From Candidatus Cloacimonadales bacterium (lineage in GTDB: Bacteria > Cloacimonadota > Cloacimonadia > Cloacimonadales > JAFGVF01), in NCBI GenBank assembly GCA_963677495.2, contig CAXXOU010000001.1, positions 224,001 through 288,000 of the forward strand: a stretch of DNA of 64,000 bases. Direction: 5' to 3'. The translations under genes were made by a program, and so were the position numbers. The number at the start of each line of letters is the position of its first letter. The first letter of the stretch is position 1. Under the pieces are notes generated by a model that had not been told where the DNA came from, did no database searches, and was given only the letters and a program-made list of their open reading frames with translations. This document shows positions 29,149 through 38,680 of this stretch, piece after piece.

Positions 29149-29754
29149 ATGAAAGACTCTGAGCCACTTATAGAAAAACATGGAGGATATAGAAAGTTAA
29201 AAAGCTTCCAAATCTCTCAATTAGTATATGATATCACCGTAAGGTTTTGCGAAAGATACATTAACTATAAAAGTAGAACACGTGACCAAATGGTTCAAGC
29301 TGCACGATCAGGAGTTCAGAATATCGCTGAAGGCTCCCAAGCATCTGCAACTTCAAAGAAAACCGAGTTAAGACTAACTAATGTTGCACGGGCAAGCTTA
29401 GAAGAGCTAAAACTTGATTATGAAGATTTCTTAAGACAGAATAATCTTCAGTTCTGGAAACGAGATAGCGCACTAAGACAAAGTTTAGTCGATGCTAGAT
29501 GTCAAAGAGCAGATGAAGTAGCACGATGGATTGTACAGCAAAAAACTTCGTCCACTATGACCAAATCTAAGCCCACTAAACCTACTTTCAATCCAGTATA
29601 CGCAGAGCTTTCAGCCAATGCTGTTTTAACTCTTATCAACGTAGCATGTTCACTCTTAGATAAACAGATAATTCGACTTGCAAATGACTTCAAACAAGAT
29701 GGAGGTTTTACTGAAAAATTGTATAGAGTGAGAACAAACTGTAGAAAAAAGTAG
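29149..29754 (+). CDS. four helix bundle (23S rRNA-IVP-like) protein with four-helix-bundle suffix domain
   Basis: GGYRKLKSFQ, RTRDQMVQAARSGVQNIAEGS, LTNVARASLEEL..DYEDFLRQ, F..DGGFTEKLYRVR. Confidence 0.9.
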   Translation: MKDSEPLIEKHGGYRKLKSFQISQLVYDITVRFCERYINYKSRTRDQMVQAARSGVQNIAEGSQASATSKKTELRLTNVARASLEELKLDYEDFLRQNNLQFWKRDSALRQSLVDARCQRADEVARWIVQQKTSSTMTKSKPTKPTFNPVYAELSANAVLTLINVACSLLDKQIIRLANDFKQDGGFTEKLYRVRTNCRKK

Positions 29755-29833
29755 TAAGGTTTGCATCATAACACATTTTGTCCACTTCTGTCCACTCCCG
29801 TCCATACTGTCCACTTAGATTGTTATATATCAT

Positions 29834-30100
29834 CTATTTCATCAACACCATTTTCTTGAAATCAATCTCATTCTCATAACTCAATCTACTGAAATAGATA
29901 CCGGAAGCTACTGATTTACCGTTATCATTAGTTCCATCCCAAACAACCTTATGCTGTCCTTTTTTCATTTGATTATTAATCAGAGCTTTAACCCTTTGAC
30001 CCTTTACATTGTGGATAGTAAGCTCAACAATAGATGTTGAGGATATTGTAAATGAAATGTTTGTTGTAGGATTAAATGGATTGGGGGAGATTAGATGACA
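29834..30100 (-). pseudogene. orphan PNPFNP FlgD/T9SS-like C-terminal domain fragment without a start codon
   Basis: Manual translation: [17 protein letters not shown]...IHNVKGQRV...VWDGTNDNGKSVASGIYF...KKMVLMK*; in-frame TAG immediately upstream. Confidence 0.85.
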
Positions 30101-30207
30101 CTACACTACCACCTATAAAAGAAAATAAAGTCAAGATTGGAAGGAACGAGCTATGCCCCTGCAACAGTGGTTTGAAATATAAGAAGTGTTGTGGTAAAAG
30201 ACATTAA
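30076..30207 (+). pseudogene. SEC-C zinc-binding motif fragment or 43-aa mini-ORF
   Basis: [43 protein letters not shown]. Confidence 0.75.
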
Positions 30208-30470
30208 CATAATTGATACAAAGGAACTTTAAGCATAGTAGCTGGATTTATGTAAGATCTGAACCAATTGTATAAAAGTTATAGAAGGTTTTACTGATAA
30301 ATTGTATAGATTCAGAAATCATAACAGTAGCAAATTGAAGAATTATATTATGATAAATGATAAGTTTGTCCACAGCCCAGTCCTACATATCCACTTCTAT
30401 CCACCATCACAACCAACGGGAACCGGTCGGGAATTTTTTGAGAATAACATAGGAATTTCTCGGGTAAAGC

Positions 30471-30522
30471 CCCGAGAGATTCCCGAGAGAGTCCCGGGAG
30501 ATTCCCGTGTGTATCCCGAGAA
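30471..30522. repeat. 11-bp-phased CCCGAGA array
   Basis: CCCG at 30471/30482/30493/30504/30515. Confidence 0.8.
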
Positions 30523-30597
30523 TTAAGATGCAGAGATTAAAGGTTGAGGAAATGGAACTGAAATCAACTTTTGCATTGGCAGAGTCTGTATAATAAA

Positions 30598-30626
30598 TTG
30601 ACAATTCAATCCCGGAGTGGTATAAG
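30598..30626 (+). promoter_or_regulatory. putative sigma70 promoter
   Basis: TTGACA-N17-TATAAG with TGn extended -10, upstream of the AraC gene. Confidence 0.65.
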
Positions 30627-30650
30627 CAAAAAAAATCAATGAGGTGAGAA

Positions 30651-31517
30651 ATGCCGGATTATAAAAGAATCATTCAATCGTCAGTTAATTACATCGAGAA
30701 TAATCTTGAGAAAAGGTTTTCAACGGAAGATGTTTCAGAGCATGCCGGTTTTTCACTATATCATTTTATGAGAGTATTTGATATGCTTACGGGCTATCAT
30801 TTAAAAGAGTATATTAGAGTAAGGAGGTTATCCGAAGCTGCAGCAAAACTTGTGGATACGGATGTTTTAGTGAAAGAGCTTGCCGGCAAAATGGGGTTTG
30901 ATTCCTCAGAAGCTTTCATTAGGGCTTTCAAACGCGAGTTTGGAATAACACCTACTCAATATAGAAAAAACAATCAGCTGATTCACTACACACCAAAACT
31001 AAAAGTACAGATCTGTCCTAGAACCAACGGAGGAATCAAGATGGATTACAAAGTAAAAGAGATGCCTGAATTAACAGTTCTTGGATTGAAGAAAAGAGTT
31101 AAACATGATTCTTCGATCCCAAAAGTATGGGAAGAGTTCCAAAGTAGATACATTGAATTGGAGGAGTACAAAGATGCTCCTGTAGTGGGCGTAATCTTCC
31201 ATGATCCAAGATTTACTGAAAGAGCTCCTACCCCAGATGAATCATTCTCATATATGCCGGGAATCGTTGTTAATGAGATCGGTTCAATTCCAAAAGGAAT
31301 GGAGATTTACAAGATTAAACCGGCCAAATATGCAATCTTCTCAAACAAAGGTGAGAAAAGTAATTTATGCAATCTCTACGAATACATGTGTGGAGAATGG
31401 ATAAACAGTGTCGATTACGAGTTTTCTCCTACAGACGAGCTGGAATGGTATGGAGACATAAATACTCCATTAAATCTAACAATACATGAAATGGATTTAT
31501 ACGTACCAATCAAATAG
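30651..31517 (+). CDS. AraC family transcriptional regulator with GyrI-like effector domain
   Basis: YIENNL, SLYHFMRVF, YIRVRRLSEAA, GFDSSEAFIRAFKREFGITP; C-terminal IPKGM...YAIF...LYVPIK. Confidence 0.93.
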   Translation: MPDYKRIIQSSVNYIENNLEKRFSTEDVSEHAGFSLYHFMRVFDMLTGYHLKEYIRVRRLSEAAAKLVDTDVLVKELAGKMGFDSSEAFIRAFKREFGITPTQYRKNNQLIHYTPKLKVQICPRTNGGIKMDYKVKEMPELTVLGLKKRVKHDSSIPKVWEEFQSRYIELEEYKDAPVVGVIFHDPRFTERAPTPDESFSYMPGIVVNEIGSIPKGMEIYKIKPAKYAIFSNKGEKSNLCNLYEYMCGEWINSVDYEFSPTDELEWYGDINTPLNLTIHEMDLYVPIK

Positions 31518-31527
31518 TATTAACCAT

Positions 31528-31557
31528 GAGGATGGGAAGTAATTCCTATCCTCTTTT
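31528..31557 (+). terminator. rho-independent terminator
   Basis: GAGGATGGGAA/TTCCTATCCTC followed by TTTT. Confidence 0.7.
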
Positions 31558-31639
31558 ACACTAACTCATATAATTTCGATTGACATAACAAAAAGCTGTG
31601 AACTTTTGTTCAGCAATTAATGATTAATTGGAGGCCGAA

Positions 31640-32470
31640 ATGGCAGAAGAACAAAAAGTTCCTACAGCTGAAGAGCGTGAACAGCTCCTCAATGACAACC
31701 TTGCCAGAATCAAAAACAGCATCGTTGTAATCAGTGGTAAAGGTGGTGTTGGTAAATCAACAGTATCAGTTAATCTTGCTTACGGATTAGCATTATCAGG
31801 TAAGAGTGTTGGTATTCTTGATGTGGATATTCATGGTCCATCAATTGCCAAGATGGTTGGTGTTGAAGGAAACCCTATCTTAGCACATCCTGAGACTAAG
31901 AAACCAATGCCTGTTAGAGTTCATGACAACCTGCACGTTATGTCAATTGCATCTTTGATTGAAGACCAAGATGCACCTCTCATTTGGCGTGGTCCAATGA
32001 AGATGTCAGCAATCAAACAGTTTATGGAAGATATCCAGTGGCCTGCACTTGACTATCTTATAGTTGACTGCCCTCCCGGAACAGGTGATGAGCCACTCAG
32101 CGTAGTTCAGTTACTTAAGAATGTTACAGGTTCAATTATTGTATCAACTCCTCAAGATGTTGCATTTTTAGATGCAAGAAAGACAATCAGATTCTCTCAA
32201 AGCCTTGGTATTAATATATTAGGTTTAGTTGAGAACATGAAAGAGCTCATCTGCCCTCATTGTGGTAAAGCGATTAACGTATTCTCAGGAGAAGGTGCAG
32301 CAAAAGCAATAATGGATTTCGAGATTGAACTTCTCGGTCAGATTCCTATTGAGATTGATATTCCAACATGTTCTGATAAAGGACGTCCGTTTATCTATGA
32401 CATCGCAAAGAAGCCTGCGGGTGAAGCAATGCAGAAGATAGTTGAAAGAGTTATCGAAAAAACTAGCTAA
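31640..32470 (+). CDS. Mrp/NBP35 (ApbC) iron-sulfur cluster carrier ATPase
   Basis: SGKGGVGKST, DVDIHGPS, WRGP, DCPPGTGD, TPQ, VENM, CPHC. Confidence 0.95.
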   Translation: MAEEQKVPTAEEREQLLNDNLARIKNSIVVISGKGGVGKSTVSVNLAYGLALSGKSVGILDVDIHGPSIAKMVGVEGNPILAHPETKKPMPVRVHDNLHVMSIASLIEDQDAPLIWRGPMKMSAIKQFMEDIQWPALDYLIVDCPPGTGDEPLSVVQLLKNVTGSIIVSTPQDVAFLDARKTIRFSQSLGINILGLVENMKELICPHCGKAINVFSGEGAAKAIMDFEIELLGQIPIEIDIPTCSDKGRPFIYDIAKKPAGEAMQKIVERVIEKTS

Positions 32471-32492
32471 TTAAGTTAAGAGATAAAGGAAT

Positions 32493-32522
32493 CAGGTTGC
32501 TGGGAAACTGGCAACCTGTTTT
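32493..32522. terminator. terminator between convergent genes
   Basis: CAGGTTGCTGG/CTGGCAACCTG followed by TTTT. Confidence 0.65.
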
Positions 32523-33038
32523 CTATTTATCGTAAATTTCCCCCATCTTTAGAAGATGATAACTAAAATGTAGTGGAGATTTCTGTATCTCTTTATAGTT
32601 AATGATGAAGCTAACCTTACCATCTTTGCGTACAAGGTTAATCATAACCCCTTGCTCAACGAACTTTTCGCTATTGCTAAGTGTTAATAGAGGAATCTCT
32701 TGAGCTCTCTTAACTATTCCTGTGATATCCCCCCTAAAGTCTTTATCAATAATAACTGCATTCAGAGCATTCATCTCTTCGAGTAATGGGTTTTCTATTA
32801 GTACAAGTTTCTTGTTATAGAACTTATCCTTCCTATATAGTTCTTCCAGGTCTTTGATAAAGTGTGGATTACCCAGGTAGCCTATTTTGAAGAATTCTGA
32901 GTCATCCTGGGACTTATCCCAATCAATGAAATGAGTTAGTTTTTCTATTACTATTGATTTAACTGATGCTTCTCCGGCTTCACAGATCAGTAATGTCACA
33001 AGGGTTAGCAAAATAATTATTAAGATAGATCTTTTCAT
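32523..33038 (-). CDS. YfiR/HmsC family periplasmic protein
   Basis: Signal peptide; VK...I.KL..FIDW, LT.S, GVMINL, F.IN, LLK pattern. Confidence 0.85.
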   Translation of the reverse strand: MKRSILIIILLTLVTLLICEAGEASVKSIVIEKLTHFIDWDKSQDDSEFFKIGYLGNPHFIKDLEELYRKDKFYNKKLVLIENPLLEEMNALNAVIIDKDFRGDITGIVKRAQEIPLLTLSNSEKFVEQGVMINLVRKDGKVSFIINYKEIQKSPLHFSYHLLKMGEIYDK

Positions 33039-33039
33039 T

Positions 33040-35307
33040 CTATACCTTTATCATCACTTCAACACCAAAGTTAACAGGTTCTTTTATGAAGCCGACTTGA
33101 CGTGGATATTGACGCAAGTTTCCATCCTCCCAGTACTGAATAACGTATCTGATATTGTTAAAAGAGATTATGTTATCAATATTCAGTTTCATAGAGATGT
33201 TTAGTTTATCGTAAGGAATAGACCAGTTTATCGCCAAACCACTTGTAAAAGATGGTTTACCATATCCATACTCATCTAGATCATCCAGTAAAGAGTGCAT
33301 ACCGATTATTAGTTCCTGATCAGCAATCTCTTGATGGGCTTCTTCAAACATATCAAGAAGTTCCTGTTGCTGATAGTCAAATGCGAAACGTCCATTCACA
33401 TTTAGCCTTAGATTCTGACTAAGTTTAATGCAATCATAGAATTTGAACATATGCTTTGGTAGATTATTTATTCTATTTTCTCCATAATCATCAATATAGG
33501 CTTCACTTGCATCTTGTCCCGAGACATATGCTACCTGCTCCTTTTCTTCCTCCCAGTCCACCTGATGAACAAATGAGTAACTAAATCCAAAACTATGCAA
33601 ACCGGTATTGTATCTAGCATTTATCTCAACTCCAAATAGGTCCAACTGTCCGAGGACATCCGGTGATTCTTGTTCCTGATTCCAAGCCACTTGATCTATT
33701 TGATTATAATACAGATTACCTGAATAGCTGAACTTCTTTGATACCTTATTTCGATGTATCAACTCGAATCCACGAAGTATCTCATTTCTAGCATCATTAT
33801 CATTGTTGTAATCAGAAGAGTATAAATTCATAAAGGTTGGTAATCTAACTGATTCTTGGGCTGTAACTATGATAGAGCTTGAATCAGAAGTCTTTGCAGA
33901 AGCACTTATTCTATAACTGTATGCAGGGTCTGCATACTCATTCTTATCCATTCTTACTGAGGGTATAAGTCTGAAAATATCATTAATTTCATAATATGCT
34001 TCTCCAAAGAACGAGTATGTGAAACCATCTATTGTTTCATCAATCACAGTAGTTAGTGTTGGGTAATAGTTGTAAAAACCTGAATCCTCATTGTAAACAG
34101 CAAACCTGATGCCGGTTTGATATGACATTAAGAAATCATCTTCATCTTCTCCCCATGCTTGTTTATAGTACTCGTACATAAGCTCTGTACCAAAAGTAAA
34201 AACAAGCTTATCCTGTATATTCCACTTGAGAGTTGATCGAAGATTTACTTCATTCTCACTGAATGCATTCTTCTGCTGAGCAATGTGGTCAATAGATAGG
34301 GCTTCCCGCTGCCAAAGGGCAGTTTCTTGAATTGAACTACTGTCATAACCTAACTTGGTCTCAATATCAACTGACTGACCTAACTCCATTCTGTTAACAC
34401 CTTCAATACTGAAACTCTTGATTCTGAAACCTGCCCAAGCTGCTCCCTCTTCCTCAAGTGAAGATTGAGTTGTATGCGGATATGAAAAGGTTGTATATCT
34501 GCTCCATAAATCTAGATATTTACCAAAGCTCATCTCTATTTGAGCTTTATACTCTTTCTCATCTCTATAGCTGCTAAGATAGTTTGGAGCTAAGCTACCG
34601 GTATCCATATCACCCCAATCAGGAGACATGAACCCCCATCCATAACCATGAGCTCTATCAGTGTACCAATACTGAGTATTCTTATCTCCATTTGCCTTAG
34701 TTGAGCTAGCATAGAATGATGAAGATATAATGTCATCAAGACTTAACATTGCACTGGTTGTATTATAGTTATAAACAAAATTGCTTGTATGTGCAACTGC
34801 TACATGCTCATTCTTACCTGAAAGCGTTCTAATATCGATAACTCCTGCAATAGCTCCGGGACCATGTGTTACAGAGACAGGACCATGAATTACTCTTATT
34901 TCATGGATATCCCCTAAATCCTTATTCTGAAGTTCATGCAAAGGACCCCATTGATACTTAAGATTCAAGTTTTTCCCATTCACAAGTAGCAGATATGAGA
35001 TATTCTGGTCACTTAGTACACCTCTTAATCCCATCCTTGGTCCCATAAAATGTTCTACATAGGTGAAACCGGGAACATATACTTCCAAAATATCTAAAAC
35101 ATTGTTAACGGGAGCAGAGCTAATCTGATCTTTAGTAATTACAGTAATCGAAGATGGCTCGATTAACTCATCTATATCATAATATGTACTACTTAGGACA
35201 GGTATCTGGAGAAGTGATTCTAATGATAATTGCTTTAACTTTGCTGTGTTTGTTGCTGTAAGGAAAGCAATCTGAAAGAGTATAAGTATAAATACAAGGT
35301 ATTTCAT
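33040..35307 (-). CDS. TonB-dependent receptor
   Basis: LSLESLLQIPV.S; plug domain (PSSITVITKDQI, LLLVNG, IRVIHGP.S...GPGAIAGVIDIRT) followed by a beta-barrel-like region. Confidence 0.88.
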   Translation of the reverse strand: MKYLVFILILFQIAFLTATNTAKLKQLSLESLLQIPVLSSTYYDIDELIEPSSITVITKDQISSAPVNNVLDILEVYVPGFTYVEHFMGPRMGLRGVLSDQNISYLLLVNGKNLNLKYQWGPLHELQNKDLGDIHEIRVIHGPVSVTHGPGAIAGVIDIRTLSGKNEHVAVAHTSNFVYNYNTTSAMLSLDDIISSSFYASSTKANGDKNTQYWYTDRAHGYGWGFMSPDWGDMDTGSLAPNYLSSYRDEKEYKAQIEMSFGKYLDLWSRYTTFSYPHTTQSSLEEEGAAWAGFRIKSFSIEGVNRMELGQSVDIETKLGYDSSSIQETALWQREALSIDHIAQQKNAFSENEVNLRSTLKWNIQDKLVFTFGTELMYEYYKQAWGEDEDDFLMSYQTGIRFAVYNEDSGFYNYYPTLTTVIDETIDGFTYSFFGEAYYEINDIFRLIPSVRMDKNEYADPAYSYRISASAKTSDSSSIIVTAQESVRLPTFMNLYSSDYNNDNDARNEILRGFELIHRNKVSKKFSYSGNLYYNQIDQVAWNQEQESPDVLGQLDLFGVEINARYNTGLHSFGFSYSFVHQVDWEEEKEQVAYVSGQDASEAYIDDYGENRINNLPKHMFKFYDCIKLSQNLRLNVNGRFAFDYQQQELLDMFEEAHQEIADQELIIGMHSLLDDLDEYGYGKPSFTSGLAINWSIPYDKLNISMKLNIDNIISFNNIRYVIQYWEDGNLRQYPRQVGFIKEPVNFGVEVMIKV

Positions 35308-35747
35308 AGCTGCCTCTTAGGAGGTTCTTGATTGAGTAACAACCAGTATAAACCTATTGTTCTAGTAGCTTCCAAGAACTGCTTGAAATCTACCGGTTTC
35401 TGAATATAGCTATTAACTCCTAATTCGTAACATTCAACAAGATCATTTTCCTCCTTTGATGATGTTAATACTACTATAGGAATTGTTTTTGTTGTATCAT
35501 TACTCTTCAGTTCACGAAGAACTTCAATCCCACTAATCTTTGGTAAATTAAGATCCAGTAAAATAACTGTAGGATAAATGAGCTCTTGGGATTCAAATTG
35601 GCCTCTACCAAATAGATAGTCTAAAGCCTGCTCTCCATCATTTACAATTATCAACTCGTTCATGATGTTCTGCTTTCTAAATGCTCTTTTAGTTAACTCA
35701 ATGTCGTCTAGATTGTCTTCAACTAACAATATACTTTTTTTCATCAT
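35304..35747 (-). CDS. single-domain response regulator (Rcp1-like)
   Basis: LLVEDN, LLDLNLP..SG, LTSS, NSYIQKP, YWLLLN. Confidence 0.95.
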   Translation of the reverse strand: MMKKSILLVEDNLDDIELTKRAFRKQNIMNELIIVNDGEQALDYLFGRGQFESQELIYPTVILLDLNLPKISGIEVLRELKSNDTTKTIPIVVLTSSKEENDLVECYELGVNSYIQKPVDFKQFLEATRTIGLYWLLLNQEPPKRQL

Positions 35748-37585
35748 TCCTCCTTAGGGAGCCAGATGTAGAATACTGCCCCCTTCCCCACTTCTGATTC
35801 AGCCCAAATTTTTCCATCATGCTTCTCAATAATTCTGCTTACTGTTGCTAAACCAATTCCTGTTCCTTTAAATTCTGTTTCATTATGTAATCTTTGGAAT
35901 GGAGTGAATAGCTTGTCATAGTACGCCATGTTGAATCCGGTACCATTATCTTTAACAAAGAAAACCTCCCTACCCATATGACTACTTCTCCCGATTGTTA
36001 CTGAAGGATTAGCTGATTTGGAAGAATATTTCCAAGCATTTGATATTAGATTTGTCAGCATGATTGTTAACTGCATTTCATCTCCATAAGCTATAATACT
36101 ATCTTGTATTATCACATTTACATTCCTGCTACGGGAAGTATCCTTCAATTCTCTGAGAATTGTTTTTGCTATCCTGGTTAAATCGACTCTCTTTTTAAAG
36201 ATTGATTGTCTTGATATACGGGAAAGATTGAGTATATCATCAATGAGTTGAGCCATCTTCATAGAGCCTTCACTTATCCTGTCTAAATAATGTAAGCCAT
36301 CATCATCAAGTAGATGTTTTTTATCCTCAATCAATGCTGAGACAAAACCATGAATCCCCCGTAGTGGTGCTCTTAAATCATGAGAGACTGAATAAGCAAA
36401 GGTCTCTAACTCATTATTTACCTCATTAAGTTCAGATGTCCTTTGCTCAATCTTAAGTTCCAACTCTTTGTTTAGTCTTACAACTGCTTCATCAGTCTTT
36501 CTTCTTTCAGTAATGTCTGAATATATGTACAACATCCCACCTTCAATAGGGCAACCAACTACTTCTACAATCCTCATATTCTCATCCTTAGATATAATAT
36601 GTACTTCGTGTGGTTGAGTTGGGCAATCGTTCTTCACAGAATATTCAAGGTTCTGTTTAAACTCAGATATTACTTTTTTCCGGTAGTCAATATCAGGATA
36701 AGCAAGTTTAAACCAATGAGCGGCATCCTCTATTTCATCAGCTTTCCAACCAAACAAACGAGAGAATTCAGGATTTACATATTCAACATTCATCGCTGAA
36801 TCAACTACAGCAAAAGCAAGTGGAGCGCTATCGATTATTGATTGTAAATGCTTCTTATTTTGTATTAAGCTTTGATGTAACTCATTTTGCTCATGCTCTT
36901 TTCTTGAAATAGTGTCTAACATGTTATTGATACTTGAGTACAAGTTAGCTATTTCATAATAAACTTTGTCACTTTTAATTGATTCATACTTACCACTTTC
37001 AGCTATTCCTGCTGCGTCATCAGCTAGCTTCTCAATTGGTAATGATATGGTTCGTTGCAAGAAAAGTGAGAGTAAATAAGCTACAATAATCAGAAGCCCA
37101 AGAATCAGAAAGTTAATATAGAACGTCTCAAACAGCTGTTTATTAAGCAATTCGACAGATGTTAGAATGACGACTGTTCCAATATGGCCTCTTTCAAATA
37201 TAATTGGTTGAGTAACCTGAATGAAATCGCTACTAATGGGGGAAGTATCAAACCGAAGACTATCTTTAGGTAGAATGAAATCCTTTTTTTTCCTCTCAGC
37301 AAAAAGACCACCATCTTCATCGAGTATTGCTACATACTTTATTCCAGGTACAGAATCAGTTGCTTCAAGAACATCAAGTATTCCATGTTTATCGTTGAAG
37401 TAAAGTGGAGATAAGCTGCTTTCACTAATAAGAATTGCTTGCATTTGTGTTTCATGTACAAGGTTATTTTTTATCCTACGGCGATCACGTACAAATAACA
37501 ACAGGGAGTTTACCACAAGAATAAACAAAGCTAGATACAGCATTACAGAAATCAATCGATTTCTTATAGTAGTCATTTTCTTCAT
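35744..37585 (-). CDS. membrane sensor histidine kinase (periplasmic sensor, HAMP, PAS, HisKA, HATPase)
   Basis: Two TM helices, HAMP-like PIEKL, PAS (VNPEF..LFGW...SDITERR), SVSHDLRAPL, NLISNAWKY, DNGTG, GTGIGL. Confidence 0.95.
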   Translation of the reverse strand: MKKMTTIRNRLISVMLYLALFILVVNSLLLFVRDRRRIKNNLVHETQMQAILISESSLSPLYFNDKHGILDVLEATDSVPGIKYVAILDEDGGLFAERKKKDFILPKDSLRFDTSPISSDFIQVTQPIIFERGHIGTVVILTSVELLNKQLFETFYINFLILGLLIIVAYLLSLFLQRTISLPIEKLADDAAGIAESGKYESIKSDKVYYEIANLYSSINNMLDTISRKEHEQNELHQSLIQNKKHLQSIIDSAPLAFAVVDSAMNVEYVNPEFSRLFGWKADEIEDAAHWFKLAYPDIDYRKKVISEFKQNLEYSVKNDCPTQPHEVHIISKDENMRIVEVVGCPIEGGMLYIYSDITERRKTDEAVVRLNKELELKIEQRTSELNEVNNELETFAYSVSHDLRAPLRGIHGFVSALIEDKKHLLDDDGLHYLDRISEGSMKMAQLIDDILNLSRISRQSIFKKRVDLTRIAKTILRELKDTSRSRNVNVIIQDSIIAYGDEMQLTIMLTNLISNAWKYSSKSANPSVTIGRSSHMGREVFFVKDNGTGFNMAYYDKLFTPFQRLHNETEFKGTGIGLATVSRIIEKHDGKIWAESEVGKGAVFYIWLPKEE

Positions 37586-37722
37586 ACGTGTACTCCGCTT
37601 AGGTAAGCAGTTTCATTAATAATTAAATAAACAAAGAACCCCAGTTAGGCATAATTGAATTGGTTTATTTTACTCTGTCAAGCAGTATTAATGAAATAAA
37701 TGAAGTTTTTTTATTGCACAAT

Positions 37723-37751
37723 AAAAAAAGGGAACCTTCGGTTCCCTTTTT
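37723..37751. terminator. bidirectional terminator after rplS
   Basis: A7-GGGAACC-ttcg-GTTCCC-T5. Confidence 0.88.
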
Positions 37752-37764
37752 AAAAAACATAAGA

Positions 37765-38115
37765 CTATTTGAAACGTCTTTTTTCTTTAACTTTAGCTCT
37801 TTTACCACGGGCTGTTCTAAGATAGTAAAGCTTAGCTCTACGTACACGACCGTAGCGAACTACTTCCATTTTATCAATAAGTGGTGAGTGCATTGGGAAT
37901 ATTCTTTCAACTCCAACACCATTAGAAACTTTTCTAACTGTGAAGCTTTTTGACATGCCTGCACCGCGAATCTGAATCACGATACCCTGGAAGATCTGGA
38001 TACGTTCTTTGCTTCCTTCCTTAATTTTGTAGTGTACTTTTACAGTATCACCAACGCCAAACTCAGGTAAGTCTGTACGCATCTGATCTTTGGTAACCAT
38101 TTGTAATAAATCCAT
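37765..38115 (-). CDS. rplS: 50S ribosomal protein L19
   Basis: [33 protein letters not shown]. Confidence 0.98.
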   Translation of the reverse strand: MDLLQMVTKDQMRTDLPEFGVGDTVKVHYKIKEGSKERIQIFQGIVIQIRGAGMSKSFTVRKVSNGVGVERIFPMHSPLIDKMEVVRYGRVRRAKLYYLRTARGKRAKVKEKRRFK

Positions 38116-38125
38116 TGTTACTCCT

Positions 38126-38680
38126 TTATTCCTCGGAAGTCAGTCTATCTAAAATAATCGCAACTGCACTACGAACGGAAAGATGATTATACTCACCTCT
38201 ACCATAGATGGGTTTAAGTACCAAATCGGTCATTGACATAACCTCTTCGGCTAGTCCATTTCCTGTTCCAAACAAGAGTAGAACAGGTTGATTGAGTTCT
38301 CTGTTTCTGAACTCTTTGATAGCGATCTGGCCATCCATCTCTCTCGCTGTTGTTGCAACTACAAGAGGATAAACTCCTTCCTGATTTTTAATCTTCTCTT
38401 TCAAGCTTTGCACTGATGATGCATGGTCAACAATGCTGATTGCTTCAACTCTATCTGAATTATAGTTTTTAGCAATCTCTGAATGCCAGAACTCAGTGAT
38501 AGTATCTAATATCTGCTTCTGACCTTCATTGGGCGTCACAATATAATATCCATTCACGCCAAAGGTCAAGCATGACCTGGCAATATCATGGACATCAAGA
38601 TTTGTTATAGATGTTGTGACAACATCATTAAATTTATTATATACGGGATAGTGAACAAGTCCTAGATACAGTTTATTCAT
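38126..38680 (-). CDS. SPOUT RNA methyltransferase (trmD-associated family)
   Basis: [45 protein letters not shown]. Confidence 0.9.
   Translation of the reverse strand: MNKLYLGLVHYPVYNKFNDVVTTSITNLDVHDIARSCLTFGVNGYYIVTPNEGQKQILDTITEFWHSEIAKNYNSDRVEAISIVDHASSVQSLKEKIKNQEGVYPLVVATTAREMDGQIAIKEFRNRELNQPVLLLFGTGNGLAEEVMSMTDLVLKPIYGRGEYNHLSVRSAVAIILDRLTSEE

Noticed and set aside
29149..29754. Diversity-generating retroelement (Avd-like protein)
   Set aside because: No reverse transcriptase and no TR/VR pair with adenine-specific mismatches seen in the window
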